Notes under the pieces: model-generated
Seen by the model: the letters and a program-made list of their open reading frames with translations, nothing else
Databases searched by the model: none
Told to the model about the DNA's origin: nothing
Shown: one piece after another, positions 54,901 through 64,000 of the stretch
Layout: each line of letters begins with the position of its first letter
Numbering within the stretch: the first letter of the stretch is position 1
Source of the DNA: Phoronis australis
Taxonomy: Eukaryota; Animalia; Phoronida
Direction of reading: 5' to 3'
Length of the DNA: 64,000 nt
NCBI GenBank assembly: GCA_002633005.1
Contig: NMRA01000083.1
Coordinates: 835,161-899,160, forward strand
Made by a program: the position numbers and the translations under genes

Positions 54901-56259
54901 CGACAAAAATTGACCCAAGCGCAGTTTTTCACATTAACTTGTCCTCACATAATGTCACAATTACTTTCAAGTGATTAACAGGTCTACCAGAATCAATAAA
55001 TGGTGTAAAGAATGTCCACACATACCTGTTTATAGCCTGTAGCCGTTTCCTAAGTGAATTAGTAAGTGGCTCAATACAGTGATACGGTATAGTGAATGTT
55101 CTGGAAACACTGATGTGTAAGTCGTCCATGACGTGGGTCTGCAGGACCGACCTCAGGCACTTTTGGAGACTATCAATGAGGGTGAGTAGGTGGACATCTG
55201 GCCTGACTGAAACATGGACAGATGGCGGGAGCAATGACCTCGTATATCCACAAAGTGAAAGCATAATTTTAGCAGCAACATTTCAACCACAGTCAAAGTA
55301 AATTGAAAACATCAAGAGAAAGTGCCTGCTACAGAATACTTTCCTTCAGTACTGAAATGATTTGCTGTAGTCAAGTGTTGCTGCTTGTCACGTCTTTGTG
55401 ATGCATGAGACGGTCACAATTTAACTATCCACCTCTTGAATTTTTGTACACAGTGTGCTATTTATCTATACAGGTCATCCTCTGCTTTCCACTTTGATGA
55501 AAATGAACTCACCATGGCAACTACAGTAAGATGATTTAAAGACTACGACAATTCTACATGTTAAAACCATCAAAGCACACTCGTTTGCCTGCCTGTCAAG
55601 GGGTCCATTTCATGAAAGTGACACAAGACTTAAGACAGCAATCTGGTCTTATGCTTCCACTTCACAATAGCAGAAAAATGCTCAGTAAAATAGTTATGAG
55701 CACATCACATTCTAGAAGTAACTCACACAAATCTCAGTAACAAGCAGTGCATATTCTCAGAGACTGCACATTTGCTCAAGTGAGAATATTTTTAGAATAA
55801 ACTGTGTGGCAAAGCTAATTTGGAGCATGTGTGAAACTGAGACAATACAAAAATCAGCTTAAGGCGTGTCATAAAACAGTCTATACACGAGTACGCACCA
55901 GATATGAGAACACACGTGGCCCAGTTTCCCCTCATGTGTGGAAAACTTCTCACCCTGCCTTGATGGTCGCCACTTTTCTCTCCATCATTTTCACTTTCTG
56001 ATGGGAATAATTTTCGAATGGAGTCTGGCAGAGGAAGTGTTTTCCTACAATGATTCAAATAATAAATTATGTAACTGGTCCCATAATTAATGTAATGCAA
56101 TAAAAATTCAGTTACTTCACATCAAGAGTAAGTTATGCCACATTAGAAAAGAATTGATAATGGGTGTAGTCTATAATATACTGCCGACTGAGACAAAAAG
56201 AAAAAAAAATCAACTCACCAGGTAACACAGTGGTGTGAAGAATTACTTGTGCCAGAAAT
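51966..56259 (-). CDS. USB1: U6 snRNA phosphodiesterase USB1 (2H phosphoesterase); 5' exon not securely located
   Basis: Exons 56259-56219 (41 nt, phase 0 to 2), 56044-55899, 55206-55026, 53594-53435, 53008-52928, 52082-51966 (TGA). Peptides: HQGRVRSFPHMRGNWAT; LHISVSRT and YHISVCW (the two catalytic HxS motifs); YTNDECTRSFVGL; FNLPVFYKDPSYH; CKTGNKVF. Confidence 0.93.
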
Positions 56260-57686
56260 CTGATTAAAATAGGCATGAACTCAAAAAAATGTAGGAAAAT
56301 CAGAAGAAATGAATTGGTCAGATGCAATACACAGTTCACTGTATTATTATAAAACATTGATCACACTGTACCTCGATTGACTATCTTTTAACCAAGCCAC
56401 AAAAGCCGCGCAATATCACTCTTCAAGCTATCGTCACAACATATTTTAATGTGACAAATTCAAGACTGAAGATACCACTATAAACTCTGACAGTGATGGT
56501 GACAGAATAAAAGACATGCCTATAGGAGAGCAAAGAAACTACATTCAAGAAATATTGAAGTAGGGAAATTTTCACATAGACTTTAAACACTATGATAAGT
56601 CAATATAGACCGATCTCTCAGCAAGTTAAGCTATACGAACAATGGGAGATTTCTGTTTGGCCACTGGCAACAATGGTAGATGCTTCAATCCAAATACAGT
56701 AGCCTAACATTGCCCTCAGGATCAGTCTACGTTATTTTGTAAAATGAAGGTATGCACAAAAGTGAAGTTTAGATGATGTAAGATAGCAATAAAATCCAGA
56801 CTCNNNNNNNNNNNNNNNNNNNNNNNNNNNNNNNNNNNNNNNNNNNNNNNNNNNNNNNNNNNNNNNNNNNNNNNNNNNNNNNNNNNNNNNNNNNNNNNNN
56901 NNNNNNNNNNNNNNNNNNNNNNNNNNNNNNNNNNNNNNNNNNNNNNNNNNNNNNNNNNNNNNNNNNNNNNNNNNNNNNNNNNNNNNNNNNNNNNNNNNNN
57001 NNNNNNNNNNNNNNNNNNNNNNNNNNNNNNNNNNNNNNNNNNNNNNNNNNNNNNNNNNNNNNNNNNNNNNNNNNNNNNNNNNNNNNNNNNNNNNNNNNNN
57101 NNNNNNNNNNNNNNNNNNNNNNNNNNNNNNNNNNNNNNNNNTCTGATTAAAATAGGCATGAACTCAAAAAAATGTAGGAAAACCAGAAGAAATGAATTGG
57201 TCAGATGCAATACACAGTTCACTGTATTACTTTAAAACACTGATCACAATGTCCCTCGATTGACTATCTTTTAACCAAGCCACAAAAGCCGCGCAATATC
57301 ACTCTTCAAGCTATCGTCACAACATATTTTAATAGGACAAATTCAAGACTGAAGATACCACTATAAACTCTGACAGTGATGGTGACAGAATAAAAGACAT
57401 GCCTATAGGAAAGCAAAGAAACTACATTCAAGAAATATTGAAGTAGGGAAATTTTCACATAGACTTTAAACTCTATGATAAGCCAATATAGACCGATCTC
57501 TCAGCAAGTTAAGCTATACGAACAATGGGAGATTTCTGTTTGGCCACTGGCAACAATGGTAGATGCTTCAATCCAAATACAGTAGCCTAACATTGCCCTC
57601 AGGATCAGTCTACGTTATTTTGTAAAATGAAGGTATGCACAAAAGTGAAGTTTAGATGATGTAAGATAGCAATAAAATCCAGACTC
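56259..57686. repeat. ~545-bp duplication on both sides of an N-gap (56259-56803 / 57142-57686); probable haplotype-overlap artefact
   Basis: The copies abut the gap exactly and differ only by scattered substitutions. Confidence 0.85.
56804..57141. other. Assembly gap (N run)
   Basis: Run of n. Confidence 1.
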
Positions 57687-58004
57687 GAGTGTCTGAACAA
57701 AACACGTATTGCTCCACCTATGTCACTAAACTGACAGCACTGAAAACGGAGCAGACCACAACTTGGAACAAGAAGTGACTCTTTTGCACCAGTTATTCTT
57801 GCTTTCAAGTCACTTATGTTGCAAAATACGAAGTCACTTAACTTGAATGGAATTTGCACTGACCGATTTCACCAGAAAATGTGCAAATGTCTATCCAAAA
57901 CACCGATAGTACAACACACCAAGTCCACGGTTCAGTTCAATACATTTGGCAGAGTGCTTTCACATTTCTAGATACAAAAAACTTAAGATATGTCGCAATA
58001 AGAC

Positions 58005-58387
58005 TGCATTGTTAGCAGAAGGTCCTGGGTTCGAGTCCCAGACAAGGCAGAAATCTTTTCGGACTTATATTCATTAGGTCACGTGATGTGACCAAAAAGA
58101 TGGCGTACTGATGGGACAAATTGTTCGCAACGTATTTCCACGCCTTACTGAAAAAGATATATTTCTACACACAATGGAAATCAAGGGTAAGATGCCCACT
58201 AAGTCTGATTGCATTTCTGTGTTTGACCGGAGGTCCCCATAGCTCAGTGACTAAAGTGTCTGCACGGTTATCAGAAGGTCCTGGGTTTGAGTCCCAGTCG
58301 GGGGCAGAAATCTTTTCGGACTTATATTCATTAGGTCAGGTGATGTGACCAAACAGACGGCGTGCTGACTGGACAAATTGTTCGCAA
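58005..58387 (+). mobile_element. tRNA-derived (Thr-like) SINE/TRIM-like element, head-to-tail dimer with a 5'-truncated first copy
   Basis: A-box TAGCTCAGTG (58240), B-box GGTT(C/T)GAGTCC (58028, 58285), anticodon-like stem-loops with TGT/GGT, and a shared ~90-nt tail. Flanked by direct repeat TCGCAATAAGAC (57993-58004, 58382-58393). Too degenerate to be a functional tRNA. Confidence 0.7.
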
Positions 58388-58588
58388 TAAGACACAATCA
58401 GGTAACAGTATCATCAACATGTATCAGTTCAGTCTGTAACTATCCACAATTAGATAGATGTTATACTCTTCTCAGTTGACGCTTCCCACTACTCCAAGCT
58501 ATATGCCTACAACCCTCCTGTTCACCAACAACAAGGACATAAACCACTACTAAAAGCATCATTTAACACAATTCCCATCAGCTGGTCT

Positions 58589-60286
58589 CTAGACCTTGCC
58601 CCAGTCTTCTTCATCCATTCCACCATACATAAAGGATGCTCTCTGTTCCTCAGTCAACAGGTCCATCAACCACAGAAGTACGCGCCAATACAACAGAACA
58701 GCTGGTGAATTCAGCTCAGGATACAATTTGAATGGACGCTGTATCTTCCACCCTTGCTGACGGCACAGTTCTCGCATGGCTTTACTGTCCTCAGAGTGGA
58801 TCCACTGGTCCTCCAGACAACATTTGAGTTTACCGACTCTGTTCACATACCTCACGAGCTCATCGAGGGACTCTGAGCCGGTAAGCCACAGAGACAGGGT
58901 ACGGAGACCAGCAGCCTTTCTGCTCTGCACATAATCTTCCTGGCTTCTTGACAAGGCATTGCCACCAAGAGATGGGTCATACAGCGAAGGAATGTGCAGG
59001 TCATAAGCATGCTTCCTCACATACGTAGACCTGTGATCACAGCCTTCTGCTGGACAAAGCACATAAAATGCTTCATCCATCTCCTCATGGCCCCCCAAAG
59101 GTGTCTGGGGTGAACGGTTATGCTCATTTCGCCTCCTACTGCGACCATGCCTTCTGGACCTGGTGGTAGGATGCTCCGACCTAAGCTCTTTACTGGAAGA
59201 AGCCTCGCCACTTCGATAGGCATGACCATCTGACCTGCTCTTTCGCTTATTGGACCCAACTTCTTCCTTTTGCCAAGTCGAGCGGTTTGATTGAGACTCT
59301 TTATCGGACAGAGTCTTACCACTTCGCCTGTTTGATTCGGGCTTAAGATCACTGGACACAATCTCAACACTAGGTGATCTGTCTTTTCTCCTGATAGCAA
59401 GCTCACAACTTTCCTTGTCATATTCTGTCTGACCGCGATTACGCTGTGACAATGATGCGTCCACCCTTGGCTGCTGGTACTTGGGAGGTACCTCTAGACC
59501 AAGCTGTGAGTACCAGGCATCGCCGCCATTGAGGAAGGTTCTCTTCTGCACTGTCTGCAAGTGCTCCAAAAGGAACAGAAGCACCTTCCAGTGGATTAGC
59601 ACTGCCTTGGAGTTGAGGCGAGGATAAAGAAGAAAAGTGGGCGGCAAAGGCCAGTCTTGCTTGACACATAAGAACCTCATCGCTTGTTGCTCCACTTCTG
59701 TGATAACGGCCCCACCCAGCAAAATGTTATTGACACCAATCTCATTAACCATGTCTAACAGGTCATCTATGGAATCGGTGGACTTGATCCACTTGGCTAA
59801 CCATTTCAGACCTATAGCCCTTGTTGTGTGCAGGTAATCATCAGAGAGGTCGCCTGGTGAGTCTGTGATACAATACACTGAGGGCAAGTGTTTCTTGAAC
59901 ACATGTTCCTTGAGGTTCAATGGTCGCTCACTACAGCTGGACACAAGGCAAGGAGTTCCCTGAATATTGGCTACTAGTCTCGGATCAACCTTTGGTTTTC
60001 TTCGCCCAGAACTGGGTTGCCTATTTTGGCCCACATGGGTTCCTGACAAGGATTCCTTCTGTAATTTCTCAGAAAAAGAACTCAACGCTTGTACCGCCTC
60101 TTTATTGCTCTCGGTAGCAGCCACTTTTTTCTGAAGGTCAAGCAGCTCAAGCACTCTGCTCTTTGGTATGTCTCCTGCACGCTCCAAGCGGCTACACAAT
60201 GACTGTGCCGGTATCAATACACCAAGCACACTGGCTGCTTGCAGGAATTCTTCAAGCCGACGAGATACGTCGCTTATAACAGCCAT
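58589..60286 (-). CDS. Uncharacterised 565-aa single-exon protein with two tandem C2H2-like zinc-finger/helical modules and an RS-rich linker
   Basis: Uninterrupted 1.7-kb ORF. Internal duplication aa ~113-255 vs ~411-555 (CLVSSC..HVFKKHLP / CPAEGC..HAYDLHIP; LYPRLNSKAVLIHWKVLL / LYPELNSPAVLLYWRVLL). Acceptor-like ttgtag immediately before GGC-ATG (exon start 60289, phase 0). Confidence 0.8.
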   Translation of the reverse strand: MAVISDVSRRLEEFLQAASVLGVLIPAQSLCSRLERAGDIPKSRVLELLDLQKKVAATESNKEAVQALSSFSEKLQKESLSGTHVGQNRQPSSGRRKPKVDPRLVANIQGTPCLVSSCSERPLNLKEHVFKKHLPSVYCITDSPGDLSDDYLHTTRAIGLKWLAKWIKSTDSIDDLLDMVNEIGVNNILLGGAVITEVEQQAMRFLCVKQDWPLPPTFLLYPRLNSKAVLIHWKVLLFLLEHLQTVQKRTFLNGGDAWYSQLGLEVPPKYQQPRVDASLSQRNRGQTEYDKESCELAIRRKDRSPSVEIVSSDLKPESNRRSGKTLSDKESQSNRSTWQKEEVGSNKRKSRSDGHAYRSGEASSSKELRSEHPTTRSRRHGRSRRRNEHNRSPQTPLGGHEEMDEAFYVLCPAEGCDHRSTYVRKHAYDLHIPSLYDPSLGGNALSRSQEDYVQSRKAAGLRTLSLWLTGSESLDELVRYVNRVGKLKCCLEDQWIHSEDSKAMRELCRQQGWKIQRPFKLYPELNSPAVLLYWRVLLWLMDLLTEEQRASFMYGGMDEEDWGKV

Positions 60287-61254
60287 GCCCTACAATGTAC
60301 AGTTACCCCAATCAATAATTCGATTAACTTTCCAAACTTTAGTCATGTACCTTTAAAAACAGCAATAATTGATGGAATTCCATGCTGAGGCTGAGGGACA
60401 TGATGATTTTTTGCTTGTTGAAGATGTAATGAACTTATTTACTCATTACCAAAATCAAATTTTAAGATGTCATAAAATATATAAAGTAATGATTAGTCAG
60501 ATTTGGATTCCAGCTGAAGTTGCTATCAATCACTCACTAAACATTGTTTCACTTTTATATCAAAAGTCTTAGAGTTCGTTTAATGAAAGTGACTGAAGAC
60601 TTAATGCAGAAATTCAATCTTACACTCCCAATTCACAATTGCTGAATTAAGGTTTACCAAAATAATTATGAGAAATAGTGGTTTAAAGAGTAACTAGGAA
60701 TTACGTGTGTATCCCAAAAGACTTTACGCTTTTGTTCACGTGTGACGGAGTAGGAATGCGTAACAGCGTTCCAACTCGCTTTAAATCAAACACTCCACAC
60801 GTCATTGTTACACACAGTGTAAACCCTAGGATAAAGTTGTGTCACCACCTTTGTCAACAACAGTTCTGAAATGGGAATTGTCAATGTAGTATTTTCCCAG
60901 CATTTAAAAATCTGGGCGGCTCGCCATGCTCCTTTTTGGCCACGCCATGTGTAAATCCTGCCCAAATTGACCACCACAGAGCTTCTCGGCTGGGGAAACC
61001 TCCAATCGGTAGTAATAATGAAAGCCCATAAGTCACAGCTACTTTCGCCATTTGTAGACTGAATATGATAATAACATAAAATCGTATTTTGAATTGTCCC
61101 CCCACCCATTAACCGCAGATATTATATCTCCTTTAAGCTTTTGTACTTTTGTTCGCTAGGTGACTGACATTCACCTCTGCCCAGTTATCCGACAATGCAC
61201 CGCAAATGAATACACCCGGATACCAGGCAACGACCTTGACACTAATTTTCTAAA

Positions 61255-62915
61255 ATGGCAAAGCGCCAGGCCACGCTTATGAAGTGGGTGGAGAAATGGT
61301 AAGCTTTATTCATTTTGTTGTGTCCATGTTTATAGCAATATGAATTATATTGCACCGGCGAGACATTCAACAGTTTAATGAACCATAGCCTGGCATCAAA
61401 ATGACAATACTGAATGGAAACCACTTCAAACCAGTCTCAGATTCGGCTGCAAGGATTGGATTAAAACCATCTGCTATGCCGGCTAATGCCGATTCAACTG
61501 ATTTATGTTGATCATTCACCAAGATGATATCAACGGAAATTTAATCATACTAATTCGTTTATTGCGCCTACAAAATTTTTCGTTCTATGCATGTTACGCC
61601 GCGGATAACGCTCGGGTTAATATACTGTCTATGATGAGAAAACTTGTAGAACACACCAGACTGCACCAAATTACGTCTAGTATTTCAAATTTTGCCAGGG
61701 GAACGCCTCCCACAAACTCCCCGCCCCATATGAAAATCTCACTTCCTAAACTTGCATGCGGCGACAGGTTGCGAATCCCGCTGCCACCATTCACCACCAC
61801 ACTCCTTTCCAAACCCAGGCAATAGAGGGATTCCACTTCCCATACTCGGTTGCGGCAACGGCCTTTGCATCCCATTCTGGCTATTCATCTTCTTTTGAAG
61901 ACCAGGGAAAACATTGTAATGGATCACTTACACATCTGTACTTACACAACCACTTCTCACCAAAAGCAATACGGGAACTTAAGGCCATCGTCGAGCCCGT
62001 GAAAGAGAAAAAAAACAAGCCTACCATGCTTGGTGGGATAAAATGGACTACTCAGATTTGTAAGGCATGTGAAGCCTTGATTAGTGACTACTCCCTGGAT
62101 GTGTATGAGACCGCGACACTGGAATTAATGGAGTTAGCGAATGGCCCTGGACAACAGCTCAACATATTACTGTCTGAGGTTGAAAATCAGAATAGAGCTT
62201 TCCTAGGCCATTTTTGAACTTCCTTCCCCATGACTTGAATCATTATGATGATACGAAGACTCTTGTGATTGCATGTCACAAATGGAAAAGCAACAAGAAG
62301 ATTTCGTGCATCTTTGATACAAACCAATGGCCTGAACGGAAGGACCAGACCACTTTATTTTAATAGTGGCTTATGGGACCATAACATTATAAATCCATTC
62401 TGGTGAAATACTCCTTCGTACGAGCAAAGTGGTGACAAATGAAAGCCAGTCTAAGAAGCAAGTACGTGGAACTAAGGATCTCTGTTAGCTTGCATTTTGA
62501 ACTCTCAGTTGTTAAAGATTCTTTCATAGATTGATGTACCATAAGTTAGTCCTATATTTGTGTTACACGCTTCAGCAGACTCCTTGTCCCAAGATGAGTC
62601 AACTGTTTAAATTTCACGAAGAGGTCCAGAAGAATGTTTTGAAGTTGGTGTGAGTGAGGCTTACTTGACCAGTTTCTAGTGCTATTCGGGAGAGAGGTTT
62701 CTCTGCTGTGAAGACAATCAAGAGTGATTGGAGGACATCTCAAGCCACCTGGAGGAGCTAGACAAGCTATTCTTCATTTTGCTGCAAGGCCCCAGTCTGG
62801 ACAAATATGATGCTTCTGAAGCCATCCATTCGTGGTGGACTCTCTTCAACAAGGCTGATGATGATGCTTCGGATAATGAAGATTGTCTTTTTGACAACAT
62901 AGGCTCATGCTAGAC
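61255..62915 (+). pseudogene. Decayed hAT-superfamily transposase (ZNF862-like), interrupted by a dispersed repeat
   Basis: Candidate first exon MAKRQATLMKWVEK|gtaag (61255-61298). Core reads HFSPKAIRELKAI...KPTMLGGIKW. The C-terminal dimerisation region reads SAIRERGFSAVKTIKSDWRT...LLQGPSLDKYDASEAIHSWW, with multiple stops and frameshifts. Confidence 0.8.
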
Positions 62916-63624
62916 ATTCTGATGTATTAGCCAAATTTACTAAAGCATGTGAAAACATTAAGCGATACAAGTTATCAACCAAAAACTTTGTTTTTTGCCA
63001 GTACTGCATAATTGATAAAAAACAGTATTACAATGGTCAGGCATGTTGAGCACCTCCGATCACGAAGTAATAAGTCTTGTAAGTGTTGACTACCTAAGCC
63101 AGTGAAATGCATTGATAAAATTGGCCAAAGCCATCTCACATGTTGTTGGCCAAAAAAACTCATTTTTGCCAATATCCTGTAATTAATAGAAATGTAACAA
63201 TTATCAAGCTGCCTATTTTGATAATATGCTGGTTCAGTGCTTGACGTTATAATCTGAAATTAAAAAAGCCGACTAGGGTTTTCAAATCAAAATTTTTCAA
63301 ACCTTTCTCATTATACTAATAGCCTAATAGTGAAGACCAGCAGCAACTGCAACATCAGTTTACTCTGCTTCTACTGTTGCGGTTTTTAGTTGATGCGTTC
63401 TGAAGATGTTGCGAGGGGCCTTATGAGCACGCACATTAGATGATGCCGAATGGGACGTTTTGCGCTCTTCACTTTGCCGTGAATGTTGGCGATTGAACAA
63501 GGAAAATCTGGAGGTATATATTGTTTTTATTGGTTTCGATGTCAACAAATGGAAACAATAAACGTGTTGCTGTCGCAGATAAAATGTCTGAGTTAAATTA
63601 CTCTCAGATTTGACATGCTTGGAG

Positions 63625-63660
63625 TTATTCCGGAAGTGCCAGACAGACGGCCATATTGAA
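63625..63660 (-). promoter_or_regulatory. Candidate promoter (ETS CCGGAAGT, YY1-like ATGGCCG) for the minus-strand USB1/ORF565 unit
   Basis: Motifs seen directly. Followed on the minus strand by ATG TCA AAT CTG AGA|gtaatt (63616-63602), a possible phase-0 micro-exon. Confidence 0.3.
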
Positions 63661-64000
63661 TAGCAGTTGTGTACCTTTCTCTTTATTATAGTATATCGTC
63701 CAGGGCTAATTAAAAGTGCCTGTGGTGTTCATTTCTACGGGATGATCAGAAGCTCTCAGGTTGTGAGGTAGGCAATAACATCACCCTGGATGCCGCAGGA
63801 AATAAAATCAAATAAAACATGCATATAATTATGCACACGGAGTTATAAATAACTCAAACCAAAGTCTGGAGATGATTCAGTCAAGATAATTTGAACAAAT
63901 CGATGAAAATCTGTCGTGGTTTGCTCGAGTGTCTCTTACCGGGAGCAATTTTGAGGAAGTTACGTGAAATCACGCATGTTGACAAATAAAAAGTTCAAGG

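Noticed and set aside
58232-58306. Functional tRNA gene
   Set aside because: Acceptor and anticodon stems and the B-box are mismatched, and it is part of a duplicated unit with a shared tail; treated as a tRNA-derived element.

Overview
Eukaryotic (intron-rich, invertebrate-animal-like, probably lophotrochozoan) genomic window, not prokaryotic, so most short ORFs in the track are noise. Four conserved spliced genes could be reconstructed by reading GT-AG junctions and reading-frame phases: FASTKD1-like (minus strand, 3' end runs off the left edge), DEF8 (plus, 13 exons), BUD23/WBSCR22 (minus, 11 exons) and USB1 (minus, 6 exons found, first exon uncertain). Upstream of the USB1 exons, on the same strand, lies an intact single-exon 565-codon ORF. 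It encodes two copies of an unrecognised C-x4-C-x9-H-x4-H plus helical 'LNS-x-AVL-x-[HY]W' module separated by an Arg/Ser-rich linker, and is the best candidate for something undescribed. The remainder is transposon-rich: an EnSpm/CMC element nested in a Harbinger-type MITE, a Helentron-type non-autonomous element with a ~451-bp tandem array, a decayed hAT transposase, a LINE RT fragment, a tRNA-derived dimeric retroelement, and foldback/palindromic arrays. There are two N-gaps and two gap-adjacent duplications that are probably assembly artefacts. All gene and family assignments come from recognising motifs by eye; no database search was run.
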